Source of the DNA: Octopus bimaculoides
Lineage: Eukaryota
Assembly: GCF_001194135.2 (NCBI RefSeq)
Contig: NC_068988.1
Coordinates: 53,929,123-53,993,122 of the forward strand
Length of the DNA stretch: 64,000 nt
Direction of reading: 5' to 3'
Part shown: one piece after another, positions 48,440 to 61,882 of the stretch
Numbering within the stretch: the stretch's first letter is position 1
How the letters are laid out: each line of letters opens with the position of its first letter
Position numbers and translations under genes: made by a program
Notes under the pieces: generated by a model
What the model saw: only the letters and a program-made list of their open reading frames with translations
Databases searched by the model: none
Told to the model about the DNA's origin: nothing

Positions 48440-48900
48440 AGGGTTTCACAGGATAAAGGTAAGTTTGATTAGATTTTGTACTGATGGGGCAAGTATTGTG
48501 TTTACAAGAAAAGCTGGAATTGTTGCAAGATTAATTCAAGAATTTCTAAACCTTGTAAGTTGGCATTGTTTGAGTCATCGATTACAATTTGTTTTAGCTG
48601 ATGCTATAAATGAAATCAATGAAATAAGCCATATCAAGATATTTTTCGGCCTAGATCTATGCTACTTTTTTATCAGTCCAATAATAAAAGTAAGCCTCAG
48701 CTTAGAACCATTGTTGCAGAACTATATTTTTGAAATATAGGCCATATTTTTTATTTCCCAGTGAGCATCCTGTTGCCTCAAATCTAATAAAGAAGTATGG
48801 AAAGCCTATTCAGTTAATATATTTTTCTAGAAGTGCCAACAAGAGCATGTGAGCAGGGGGAAACAACTTCAGTGTTAGTTGCCTGGTTATTTGTGCAGCA
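48440..48900 (+). mobile_element. Degenerate hAT transposase fragment
   Basis: FCTDGASIVFTRKAGIVARLIQEFLNLVSWHCLSHRLQFVLADAI matches the hAT DGA...HC.xHRL motif pair. Confidence 0.8.
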
Positions 48901-49697
48901 AAGAAAAGGTATAAAATAAAGGTCTCAAATTACTGCAGCAAAACCATTATCATGACCAATATTTTCCTAAAACTTGGTAATTTGCGGCAAGAATCTCACT
49001 ATGACCACAGAGTTTATGTGGTTGTTGCAGATGTACAACAAAAGATTAAGGAAAATGTGTTTGTTGGGTATCAAATAAAAAGTAAATTTGTTGAAGTACG
49101 AAATTGCATGTACCAGCACCCTGAATCCTGAATGCGACCTCAATTGGACAAGTGAGTTCATGAAGTTAGAAATAGGTAAGAAAAACACTTGAAATCTGAC
49201 AATTATCACTGTTATAACAGTTATTTTTACTGTTGCATGTTTTGTTGTTTTATTTATTGTTTTCCTGGAGATTCTGATTCTGAATTAAATAATTAAAATA
49301 TTCAATTTTCTATTGCCATCACCAAATATAACTTTCTTAGTTATTTAGTGGTGTTTCATTCTGAAAACATAAATTTTTATTCAGCTTTTTTTATTTTTGT
49401 CTTTTGTCTTAATTTTCTAGCAAAATTGCCCAGCCAAATAATCCTTTTTGCTATAGGCACGAGGCCTGAAACTTTGGTGGGGAGGTGACTGGTTGATTAC
49501 ATCAGCCCCAGTATGCAACTGATACTTATTTCACTGATCCCCCTCACAAAGAGGATGAAAGAAAAAGTTGACATTGGTGGAATTTGAATTCAGAACATAA
49601 AGATGGATGAAATGCCTCTACGCATTTTATCTGGCATGCTAACAATTTTGCCAGATCATCACCATTATTTGGCTAAATAATAAAAGTAATGTATATT

Positions 49698-50066
49698 CAA
49701 AAAGAGCACTCAGAGAGTGCAAACATCTGCCAAGGCAACACCAACATCCTCTCAATGATTAGCCAGAGATGATTTCTGAAATGAGAATATCTGAAATAAG
49801 CTAGACTGCTCTTACAAACAAGAATATTAAAAATGAGCCCGACTGCTCTCAAAAATTAAATTAAAAAACAGGAAAAATAATCCAGAATCCTTGTTTGGTA
49901 CCAGATCGATCCCAAAATCTAATCAGTTTGTGCCAGTCATGAGGCCAAACTTCCCTGAAAGTTTCATTTGAATCCATCCAGCTGTTCTTGAGATATCTTG
50001 TCCACAGACAAACAAACAAACATGACTGAAAACAATACCTCTGCCTCCACTAAGGCAGATATAATA
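49698..50066 (+). mobile_element. Non-autonomous Helentron-like element (HINE/DINE-1 type)
   Basis: 5' subterminal catctgccaagg, a (CAAA)n tract near the 3' end, and a 3' stem-loop tctgcct-ccacta-aggcaga. Confidence 0.55.
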
Positions 50067-51084
50067 ATGAAACTACAAACAATAGCTCTCCTTTTTCTTT
50101 CTGTAAGGAAAGTAACCTGATTTGTGACCATACTAATATGCAAAAATGCTTTTAAGTATTCTAGAACATACTAATATGCAAAAAGGTTTTTAAGTATTTT
50201 TAATATGATATAATTAGTAAAGGGTAAAGATCCCCTTCAGTCACGAATGACCATGGGATTGTACTTAGAAAGTTACCCTCTGAGGCACAAGTCCAAGCAA
50301 TGTTGTTTAAGGAAGACCAGCAGTTGCCCATGCATACCAGCCTCCCCTCTTCATGTCACTGATGCTATCTAAGGGAAAGGCAATGGCTGATACAACTTGG
50401 CACCAGTGTCGTCAAAATTCATTTCTACAGTTGAGAGAACTGGAGCAATGGGAAATAAAGTGTCTTGCTCAAGAACACAACACACAGCCTGGTCTGGGAA
50501 TCAAACTCATTACCACATGATTGTGAGCCTGATGCTCTCACCACTGAGCCAATTACAAATTGTTAAAAACCAACAATATTTTTCAAAAACAGGTGGGGTA
50601 TCTAGAAGTCAAGACCTGGGTGTGGTGCTGTCCCCTCGGAGCATAAGAAGTTAAAGGCTGAAGTGTTTGCATATAGTGGTGGACTTCTTTTTTTGAAAAC
50701 CATCTACTGTTCAGCTCTCCCTAAGGTTTCTCACTGCCTGTGAGGGAACATGGCCATATAAAAACATGTGACCAATGGGTTAGGGTGTTGGAGCTTGTGG
50801 TTGTGAAGACCTGGTTTTGACTTACTGACTAGGTGACACATTGAGCTCCATAGCAATTGCCACAGACTACTCAGTTGTAAATGTGTACCACAAGCAGCTG
50901 CAGTGGGGAGTTAACTCTGCAGTGAACTGGCATCCCATCCAGGAACGACTATTGTACTGTCAGTCTCTTAAATGCCTAATAAGTTCAAGACAGGCTCCTG
51001 ACTGATGTAAGTTCTATATTCCTCTAAAAGATAGGAATGCTTGGAATGTTTTTGAATATGTGTATACTGGATCAGGATTGAACT

Positions 51085-51500
51085 GGGGTTAAATAACAAT
51101 GATAATGAACTTATTGTATACAGTGCTCAAGTGCATTACAACTTGTCAGAAAAAGCAGCCAAAAGTGCATGAACAGTACATAGAACTAATGCACAGGAAG
51201 GGAATAGTGAATGAGTTGTTAAAGAAACAAGGTGGTGGTGGTGGTGGGGAACATCAGGTGGACTGATGGCAAATTTCAGGAAACATGAATGTTTGAAAAA
51301 TGTAGTGTCCCAACAGCTAACAGCTGATGTGGGTAGTTTATTCCATGTTTCAGCACTTTTGAGCATGAAAGAATGTTTCTGAAAGTCATGGGTGCTGTGT
51401 TGTTTTTTGATTTTGTAAGCATGTCCATCAAGTTGTTTTTGTAGCCAAAATAGAACCATAATAGACAACAGTAACACAGTGGAATGCCAGTTCAAATGTG
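51085..51500 (-). mobile_element. CR1/L2-type LINE 3' end
   Basis: HSFMLKSAETWNKLPTSAVSCWDTTFFK resembles the CR1/L2 ORF2 C-terminal WN.LP motif. Confidence 0.5.
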
Positions 51501-52321
51501 ACAACAATTATGTTGCCAAGAGAATTGGGACTCAATGAAAGTTGAATTATATATTTGGCATCAAAATAATACCAAACTTGATGGCAAAAGCTTCAAACTA
51601 ATTTATAAGCCAAAGGAAAAGACATTATATTTGTCCTGATTTGTTCTGACTGATCAGGTAAATTGCATTTAACGAAAGCTACACCATCCATACCAAATAG
51701 GGGAAAGAATTGTGAGTAGTAAAATGAAAGGAAAAGAAATGACACTAACAAGAACACAAGAAAATAGTGAAAACTATGAGGAATACATAGAATTGTGTCG
51801 ATGTTGGAACAGAAGCTATCTTTGGTTTTAGGTGGTAATAGTTTGAGGGATGTTGCAGAAGGAGTATGAGAAGATAACATTTCAAGTAATTTGTAGAATT
51901 ACCGAAATATCTTGTTCACTGATAAGCCATGATCCTGTCACCGATGGTGTAAAGAGCTAGCAGCTGTGCTAAATATTGATAACAGCTAAGTATATGTTTC
52001 TTTGTATGTATGCATATGTATGTATATTTATAAGTATGTGCATGTATATGTGCATATGTATGTACATATGAATGTATTTATATACATATTTGTGTATGTG
52101 TTTACTCTTTACTCTTTTACTCTTTTACTTGTTTCAGTCATTTGACTGCAGCCATGCTGGAGCACCGCCTTTAGTCGAGAAAATCGACCCCAGGACTTAA
52201 TCTTTGCAAGCCTAGTACTTATTCTATCGGTTTCTTTTTGCCAAACTGCTAAGTTACAGGGATGTAGACACACCAGCATCGGTTGTCAAGCGATGGTGGG
52301 GGGACAAACACAGACACACAA

Positions 52322-52358
<37 letters not shown>

Positions 52359-53100
52359 NNNNNNNNNNNNNNNNNNNNNNNNNNNNNNNNNNNNNNNNNN
52401 NNNNNNNNNNNNNNNNNNNNNNNNNNNNNNNNNNNNNNNNNNNNNNNNNNNNNNNNNNNNNNNNNNNNNNNNNNNNNNNNNNNNNNNNNNNNNNNNNNNN
52501 NNNNNNNNNNNNNNNNNNNNNNNNNNNNNNNNNNNNNNNNNNNNNNNNNNNNNNNNNNNNNNNNNNNNNNNNNNNNNNNNNNNNNNNNNNNNNNNNNNNN
52601 NNNNNNNNNNNNNNNNNNNNNNNNNNNNNNNNNNNNNNNNNNNNNNNNNNNNNNNNNNNNNNNNNNNNNNNNNNNNNNNNNNNNNNNNNNNNNNNNNNNN
52701 NNNNNNNNNNNNNNNNNNNNNNNNNNNNNNNNNNNNNNNNNNNNNNNNNNNNNNNNNNNNNNNNNNNNNNNNNNNNNNNNNNNNNNNNNNNNNNNNNNNN
52801 NNNNNNNNNNNNNNNNNNNNNNNNNNNNNNNNNNNNNNNNNNNNNNNNNNNNNNNNNNNNNNNNNNNNNNNNNNNNNNNNNNNNNNNNNNNNNNNNNNNN
52901 NNNNNNNNNNNNNNNNNNNNNNNNNNNNNNNNNNNNNNNNNNNNNNNNNNNNNNNNNNNNNNNNNNNNNNNNNNNNNNNNNNNNNNNNNNNNNNNNNNNN
53001 NNNNNNNNNNNNNNNNNNNNNNNNNNNNNNNNNNNNNNNNNNNNNNNNNNNNNNNNNNNNNNNNNNNNNNNNNNNNNNNNNNNNNNNNNNNNNNNNNNNN
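52359..53100. other. Assembly gap
   Basis: N run. Confidence 1.
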
Positions 53101-53373
53101 GTGTGCGTGCATATGGTTCTGCTAATTACAGCTTAATGGTAAAATTCAAAAGTCTTCGTTTTGGCGCGCTAATTCCAGGAATATATCCGCAGAAAATATT
53201 TACTGCGTCTTATATATTCAGTATGAGAACATGAGTAATGGGTAAAATATTATTATAAAATCTGGTAATTAGTCATATATTAATTAATATCGAATAATTA
53301 TCAGGAGGCCAGCACATCTAAAGAATCAAAGAGATTCAGAAATATTATCTGCAATCTCAGGGGATTAAGGTAC

Positions 53374-53612
53374 ATTTTAAAAATTAACGTCGACCACTAA
53401 CGTGGACAGTTAATGCGCTAGAAATAGATCACATCTTGTGTCTATTTATAATAATGCTTTTTTAGGTGATTTTAAATGTCTTGCCCGCTCACGTTTTTGG
53501 TATGCTGCTATATTTCATGTTGAGAACAATTTAGGTCTTAATAGACACAAGATGTGATCTATTTCTAGCGCATTAACTGTCCACGTTAGTGGTCGACGTT
53601 AATTTTTAAAAT
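53374..53612. repeat. Perfect 73-bp inverted repeat (53374-53446 / 53540-53612) with a 93-bp spacer
   Basis: attttaaaaattaacgtcgaccactaacgtggacagttaatgcgctagaaatagatcacatcttgtgtctatt and its exact reverse complement. Confidence 0.95.
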
Positions 53613-53722
53613 ATATATATATATATACACATTTACATACATACATATGTATCTGTGTGTATGTGTGTGTGTATTTGTGTGTATATATCTACTGTTACTC
53701 TATCTAAACACACACACATACA

Positions 53723-54200
53723 TACAGGGTGCAAGAGATATTTGAGGACATGTTTGGTAATTAAATGGAACAACTTCAATCTAACCAAAACCGAATGTAT
53801 TTTAATAAAAAAATTGTACACATTCTTGTTAAGCTTTCCTATAATATTATTTAATGAATCTCCCTTCAGCTTTGATGGATGCTTTAATGCAAGATTGGAA
53901 CTATTGACACACCTGCACTAAATTGTCTTTGTTCATTTCAAACATCACCTGGATAATAGCAGCCTTTGCTGAAGCTATTGTGAGAGTATTGGTTGGTTTT
54001 CCTTCCTGTGATGCTCCAAATGTAGTAATCCATGGGATTTAAGTTTGAAGAATTTGGAGGCCAAAAGTTTGGTGTTACACGAGTGCAAAGAATTTTCAAC
54101 ATCCATTCTTGAGTTACATGGGCTTTGTAAGGTGCTGCGTCTTGTTGAAACATGTATGACCTTTCAATGCCTATGTCATCCAATCTTGTAGTCCAGGGTT
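53723..54200 (-). mobile_element. Tc1/mariner-superfamily (maT/DD37D-like) transposase 3' fragment
   Basis: YMFQQDAAPYKAHVTQEW...WPPNSSNLNPMDYYIW. TACAGGGTG terminus at about 53723. Confidence 0.8.
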
Positions 54201-54204
54201 CCCT

Positions 54205-54910
54205 GCATATATCATCATCATCATTTAACGTCTGTTTTCCATGCTGGCGTAGGTTGGATGACTTGACAGGAAGTGGCAAACTGGAGAGCTGTACCAGACT
54301 CCAGTCATTTGTTTTGGCATGGTTTCTATGGCTAGCTGCCCTTCTTAATCCCAACCACTTTACAGAGTGTATTAAGTGCTTTGTATGTAACACCAACATG
54401 GATGGTTTTTATGTCACACCTGCACAGGGGCTTTTTACATGGTGCCAACACAAGTGCTTTTTATATGGCACCAGCACAGGTGCTTTTTATGAGGCACCAT
54501 ACATACATATATGTATGTATAGGCATATGTATATGTATGTATGTATATGTGTATGTATATTCATGTGTATATATATGTATGCCTTTCTGGCACTTGTGCC
54601 CGTGACATGTGTAAGGATTTTCGAGTGAGATCGTTGCCAGTGCCTCTGGACTGGCTCTTGTGCAGGTGGCACATAAAATACACCATTTTGAGCGTGGCCG
54701 TTGCCAGTACCGCCTGACTGGCCTTCGTGCCGGTGGCACGTAAAAGCACCCACTACACTCTCTGAGTGGTTGGCGTAAGGAAGTGCATCCAGCTGTAGAA
54801 ACTTTGTCAAATCAGATTAGAGCCTGGTGTAGCCATCTGGTTTCACCAGTCCTCAGTCAAATCGTCCAACCCATGCTAGCATGGAAAGCAGACGTTAAAC
54901 GATAATGAAG
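54205..54910. mobile_element. Head-to-head pair of RTE 3'UTR copies (54205-54500 -, 54580-54910 +) separated by (TATG)n
   Basis: Both carry the family C 3' end in opposite orientation. Confidence 0.75.
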
Positions 54911-56493
54911 ATATATGTATATACACATCAAACATTGCCAAAACTGAATCACAAAACCATAAATCTCAGAAATTACTTCAGCTCTTATCAGTTGTAAAAA
55001 GCTCAAATATGACCAACTATAGAGTACTGCTTGCAAATGTACTCCATTTTTGACAGTTCAGGTATCTTACTGTTCTATCAGTTTTCATGTATCTGAAGAG
55101 ATTTGGTGTTTTTCAGTCTAGTCAGATATGATTAGTGAGCTAAAATTGTGATTTCTCACAATGTATTCTGGGGAATTAACAGCTTTCTACTTTATTAAGT
55201 CAGCTACAATCACATTGAATTTAGACTAAAAGAGATAAATAATGCTGCAGCTTTCTCAGTTTATTGACCAAGATGAGAGGCAGTAACTTTAGAATTATGT
55301 TGGAATGGTGCAGTGGCAAAGTATCTTGGGATTTGAAATTGGTTGAATATTTGTTTTGGCCTAGATCAGTTCTAAAAAGCATTTGGATCATGATTATTCC
55401 TTCCTTGTCTTGAGCGCTATGTGACCTGGATTACATTATCCGATGCACTGTATACATTTTCAACACATTAGAGTGGTGTGATTTGAGGGAAATTTGACTA
55501 TTATTTCTAGCATATAAAACTTCCTTCATTGGTTCATGGTTGAGCATTTAGTTTGAAAGATTAAAATGGTTAAAAGAAATTAAGGAATATAAATTGTAGT
55601 CATAAAAATGTAAAGACCATCAGGACTTCTTCATGAGTGTTTGTGTGAGTTTGTGTGTGTTTGTGTGTGTGGTGGGGGTGTAGCGAGTTATGGACCACAA
55701 AAATATATGTGAAGAATAAAATTATCATGTGATATTTTTATATATTAACTTCTAAAATATCCAACCTTTAACCATAATGGGTTTTGTTTATTTACATATT
55801 CATTTGTTTATTTACTTTGTTCTTAGAATAATAGGATTAATGTTAGGAGAAATATTTTATAACCTTTCACAAATACCAAATGTTCTGTATTACCCCATCA
55901 AACCCAGCTGTAGTTCTTCCTTTCTTTGACACAAGTCACTTAATGATGGTCTTTTCCTTTAAATTAGTTCTGCAAATTCATTTGGATATCTTTTATAGTT
56001 ATAAAAGATTGTCACCTGTTGAATTGAAGATTTCAGAATTGGTTGGCAGTGTTTGAATGAGAATATCAAAATGACTTTGTTCTTCATTGGCATGGACACT
56101 GATTCTAGAACTGATAATAACTGTTTTAATGCTTGTTCTTTATTTTCTCATTTTGTCATGAGCTACACCAGGTCTTTATAGGTGAGATAGCAGTTGTATC
56201 TTGAGAGGGTCATTATGTGAATAGCAAACACACACTGGTACTATTTCACATCTTTACTATTTGTCAATTGGAAGGTGTTAAGCTGGCAAAATTGTTAGCA
56301 TGTTGGACAAAATGCCTACTGGTATTTCATCCATCTTCATGTTTTGAGTTCAAATTTTGTCGAGGTTGACTTTACTTTTCAACTTTCCAGGGTCAATAGA
56401 ATAAATACCAGTCAAGTACTGGGATCAATGTAATTGAGCAGCTCCCTGCTCCAAAATTTCAGTACTTGTGCCAGTAATAGAAGAGATCATTTG

Positions 56494-56722
56494 TCAGTTG
56501 GTCAGCTATTTACTTAACTAACTAAGCAATTGCTTGATTAATTTGATTAATCATATGGTTTATTAGTCAACCAATTGTTACTCAAAGTCCTTTTGTCATC
56601 ATTAGCAATCTCTTCAATGGCATGGACTTTGACAAATATGACTGATTGATTGATTGATCATATGCTTAATCAAATTAATCAAACAATTGATTAGTCAGTT
56701 GAGTAAATAGTTAACCAACTGA
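56494..56722. repeat. AT-rich foldback / MITE: 64-bp inverted arms (7 mismatches) plus an inner 9-bp stem
   Basis: Arms 56494-56557 and 56659-56722; inner tcaaagtcc/ggactttga. Confidence 0.85.
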
Positions 56723-57019
56723 TGAATAATAAAGAAGCAAAATAGAACCAGTGTATGTGTGTGTGTGTGTGTGTGTGTATGGGCATAATGACCCTCCTGA
56801 GATACAACAGAATATATTTCAACATATGAGCTCACATCAATAATCTTGCAAAACCAAATGCAAAAATGACAGAAAGATTGTAGTGCTATTTATAGCGGGC
56901 TGGGTGATGAGATAGAAAGAGGCTTCTTTGTTAGAATGTTTTACTGAGAGACCCAAAGGTAACATTTGCAGAGTCTCCAAGACTGCCAAAGGTAAGAAGA
57001 GAAAGAAACCTAGTTGTGT

Positions 57020-58035
57020 TAGTTTCTCGAATAGGAAGCAGCATAATCAAGATGTTGAATTTTTCTCATAGTGGAAACGGAGCTAGGGATAAATTCGAAG
57101 AAAAAAACAGGAGTTCGACAGGGCTGTATACTTTCTCCCTTTTTATTTCTACTAGTTATAGATTGGATTATGAAGGAAACTACGATTGAAAGCCAAACAA
57201 GCTTTGAATGGACGGATGCAGAAGCTCTAGAAGATCTCGACTCTGCAGATAATATAGCGCTGCTTTCACAAACATATAGCCAAATGCAAAAGAAAACGCC
57301 AAACTTAGAAGCAATAGCAGCCAAACTAGGATTGAAAGTCAACCGCGACAAATCAAAAATTATGCGTGTTAATTAAGAAAACAGCGAACATATTAAACTA
57401 GAAACCAGTGAACTAGAGGATGTAGCTGAGTTTACGTATTTAGGTAGTAAGATAACATTCTCAGGCAGCACCGACGAAGATATTATGACGAGAATAAGTG
57501 AGGCAAGGACCGCTTTCCACCTGTTAAAAAAAGTATGGAGCGCAAGTGTAATTTCAATAAAGAACAAAATAAGAACTTTTAACACTAACGTGAAAGTGGT
57601 GGTATTGTATGGGGCTGAGACATGGCGAACAACAGTTAAGTCAAATACGTAAATACAATCATTCATCAACAGGTGCTTGCATAGTATACTTGAAATCAGA
57701 TGGCCTGAACACATAAGCAATATGGAGCTATGGCAAAGAACGAATCAAGTTTCGATTAGGGAGCAAATATTTAAGAAAAAGTGGAAGTGGATTGGTAGCA
57801 CAATTAGAAAGGACACACCAAATGTAGCGAAAAGTGTTTTACAGTGGAATCCGGATGGATATAGAAAGAGGGGTAGGCCTAAGAACTCATGGCGTAGATC
57901 AACACAAAAGGAACTAGAGAAAAGGGTACATTCATGGCAGAGTATAAGTACAGAAGTGAAAAATTATGCGACATGAAATTCAATTATAAGTGGCCTATAC
58001 TCCACGTTGGAAGGTTAAAGGCAAGAAAGAAAGAG
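57020..58035 (+). mobile_element. 5'-truncated RTE-clade LINE of a second family (similar to schistosome SR2/SR3-type), with stops and frameshifts
   Basis: TGVRQGCILSPFLFLLVIDWIM...LEDLDSADNIALL...GLKVNRDKSKIM...FTYLGS...LYGAETW...KWKWIG...RKRGRPKNSWRR; (AAGA)n tail. Confidence 0.9.
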
Positions 58036-58369
58036 TGGATATGCACATCACAGAGTGAACTTCGCTAAAGGCAACCACACAGCTTAACTGCGGTGTTAAG
58101 CTGGGTAGAGGTAAGTTATAATCTTCAATAACATATCTTACACTTGTTTTCAGTCGTTGCACTGTGACTATGCTAGAGTATTACTTTGAAGAACTTTAGT
58201 TGAACAAATCGATCCTACTATTTATTTTTTTTAAAGTTTGCTACTTATTCGGTTGGTCTCTTTGCCAAACCATTAAGTTATGTGGATGTAAGCAAACCAA
58301 CATTAGTTGTTAAGTAGTGGTTGTGGTGGTGGTGGTGGTGGGGAGACAAACACTAATACACACACATCT

Positions 58370-58690
<321 letters not shown>

Positions 58691-59764
58691 ACACAAGATG
58701 GCTTCAACACAGTTTCTGTCAACCAAATACCCTCACAAAGCATTGGCCTGTCTCAGGCTATAGCAGAAGGCACATGGGTCCAAGGTGCAGTGCAGTGGAA
58801 CTGAACCTAAAACCACGTGGTTGCAAAATGAGTTTTATTTAACCATATAAGCATTCCTGCATATCATATCTTTCTGTAACATATGCTGTGCATCTTTTCA
58901 ATTTAACTTTTATCTGTAGCAGATGTTTGTTGCAGACCTTTGTAACACTCTGGTACCTCTGTGAGACATAGCTCTGTCTGTAGTAAGACATTTGTTACAG
59001 TCTTCTGTAAAACACTGCATCTTTCTGCAAGAAATCAAATCCTATTGCATTAAATATGGAAATATATCAGAAATGAAATATATCACCAATTAACCTATAT
59101 TTATTGAGAAGATATTTCTAGAAAAATGCTGTCATAGAAAAAAGGTAAAAAACAACAACCCCCACCTCCCCAAAATCCAATAGCATTGTTAAAAGCAAAA
59201 TAAATGACCCAAAAGAAAAGGCCCACATTAGAAAATCACTCTTGCAGTAATTCTGGCATGGTTACCAACTGTTTTTCAAATACTGTTACATTTAAGAAGA
59301 ACTTTTCCTTTCCATATAATCTTTTGTTTTATTCTCTTCTTTTCTACTCTTTCTCTTTATCTTGCTTTTATACATTCTGTGGCCTTTGTCAGTAAAATGT
59401 GCACATTTTATATTATTTTATCTTTCTCACACAATTAATACAAAATATCATTGAGAGTAGCCACAAGAGAAGCCATGTTCATATCTATTGAAGCATTTAG
59501 TGTCAGCAGCACTTGCTAAATGTCAACAGTAATAGAATCTGTTTGAAATTCTACTGGACAGATTTCAAGAGCACTTTTTGACTTTATGTCATGAAATGGC
59601 AATTATTTTGAACATTGTCACAACCTGCTTTATAAAAAAAAAAAAAAAAAAGAAATCATGCTGCAAATGTTCCAAAGCTGAAACAAGAATTACCACTTCC
59701 ACCACCATCACTGGTTCCTGAGTCAAAATTTTGAAACATTTAAGGAACTAAATTTAGAATTTGC

Positions 59765-59796
<32 letters not shown>

Positions 59797-60315
59797 TCCA
59801 TTGTGTTTATATATCTTTTACCTTTTGCTTGTTTCAGTCATTGGATTGTGGCCATGCTGGGGCACACCTTGAAGAATTTACTTGAGCAAGTTGCTCCCTG
59901 CAGCTATTTTTTAAAGCCTGGCACTTACTCTATTGATCTCATTTCTCAAACTGCTAAGTTATAGGGAATTAAATGAACCAACACTGGTTGTCCGACAGTG
60001 GTGGTCGGGGACAAACACATACACAAAGATACACACTCACGCACACACACATGCACACAGACATACAAACACACATACACACACACACACCACACACACA
60101 CACACACACATAACTGACTTCATTCAGTTTCTGTTTACCAAATCCATTCACAAGGCTTTGATTGGCTTGTGGCGAGAGTAGAAAACATTTGCCCAAGATG
60201 CCACGCTGAGGAACTAAACCTGGAACCATGTGATTAGGAAGCAAACTTCTTATCACACAGCCGCATGTAGATGCCTAGAAAAGTTTTCACCAGAACTGGT
60301 CCAGGCTGTGACTAA

Positions 60316-60388
60316 CTACCATATTTGATGGCCTATAAGACGCACCTTTTTTTACCCAAAAATGGCTTTAAAAATCCTCCTGCATCCA
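60316..60388 (+). mobile_element. pogo/Tc2-like TIR remnant
   Basis: taccatatttgatggcctataagacgcacc resembles the taccgtatttttcggactataagacgcacc terminus I recall for such elements. Confidence 0.4.
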
Positions 60389-60398
60389 ATGCACTCAA

Positions 60399-60491
60399 TG
60401 TTTCCAAGTTGGGTAATATTTCCCTATGAAATGAGTGTCATACATAGAGTGTCCTTTGTTTCATGGGGAAATATTACCCAACTTGGAAACA
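60399..60491. other. 93-nt hairpin: 33-bp stem (32 Watson-Crick + 1 G:U on the + strand) and a 27-nt loop
   Basis: tgtttccaagttgggtaatatttccctatgaaa versus tttcatggggaaatattacccaacttggaaaca. Confidence 0.9.
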
Positions 60492-61851
60492 GGTTGGCAA
60501 CAAGAAGGGCATAAAGCCCCAGAAAAATCTGGTTCAACAAATTCTGTCCAATCCATGTAAGCATGGAAATGATGGGTATCTAGCTATTTAATCAATGTTG
60601 TTTTTACTCTACTATCATTTGAGGCAGATTTCTTTGTTTAACTCAGTCTACATGGATGATTCCTTCTTCATAGCTGAGTGGCTAGAATTTAGAAATGCAT
60701 TCAGTTAAAGGGAAAAAAAATTGTCCTCACAATTTCCTATGAATTGACAAGAAACACAAGCAAAGACAGCAATGGTCAAGTCCCTCATTTACCAAAACTT
60801 TCAATGGAAAAGAAGACTGTGGAAATTAAAGAAGTTAAGAAAGAACATTGATGGAGTTATTTCAGCATGGGTTCCAACTAACAAGCTGGAATTGGTAATA
60901 TAATAAAATAGAATAAACAATATAGAAAAATGCATTAGAAATATACAAGATTACTTCAACAATTGGTAAATTTGCTCTAGCAATATGTAGAACTGCTTTA
61001 GCAATTGATGCATTTGCTCTAACTATTAGTAAATAATTTATAGTGAATACCAGTCGATAGTTCCCTAAAGTGTTAGTACTAATAAAAGCACACAAGTAGT
61101 TAAATGGGAACAATTAAGAGAGTATGTGTATGTTGTGTGTTGTAAAATGTTAAGTAACCAACTTATGTTCCAAAGTAATTTCAGTAATATTATTTTTTAA
61201 TGTTGGTTGTCTATAAGTGTATGAAGACTGTGTGAATGCAGACATCTTATACATAAATGCCAATTTCTGTCTGTCAGTCTGTTACAATCTTGCTGCCTAT
61301 ATCAGTGAAACAATTTGGACAAAACTTTACATATATGTTAAACTAACACCCAGTTCAATTATAGGCTAATTGGATTTCAATAAAAATCTATAATGGGCCC
61401 CCAAGTGGAGTTGGACTATTATTTGATAAAATGAGAAGGATGCAAGAGTGTTAGTGTGAGGGAAATGTGGTGGCATAATGAGTGTGGCTGATATCAAGGA
61501 AGGGGAGGAAAAAGTTGTGTAAGTGACAAGTATGAAGTGACAGTGGATTGGTAACGTTAATACAGCTGTCATTCATGGATATACACATGATGCTGCCTGC
61601 ATATTTTCGTAAATACATAGATACATACATGTATGCATACACACACACAATGTACACACACACACACAATGTACACACACACACATGCACTCACACACAC
61701 AACCTTGCACATACACATAAGTAACTTTTAAAACTTTGAGAAAAGAAAGAAAGGTGAGTGTGAGGAATAGGTAGCTTTAAGGAGAGAGGGGGTAAGTTGA
61801 CAATAATTGTTCACAGGTGGCTCTTTTGCTGTCCATTGCAAAGAAACGCTC

Positions 61852-61882
<31 letters not shown>

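Noticed and set aside
50110-50205. Duplicated catactaatatgcaaaaa (~37-bp tandem) as a POU-binding enhancer
   Set aside because: A simple local tandem duplication explains it; the octamer is imperfect and there is no other support.
60745-60852. Short hydrophilic open frame (LTRNTSKDSNGQVPHLPKLSMEKKTVEIKEVKKEH*) as a terminal exon
   Set aside because: No clear acceptor, no homology, and no linked exons.
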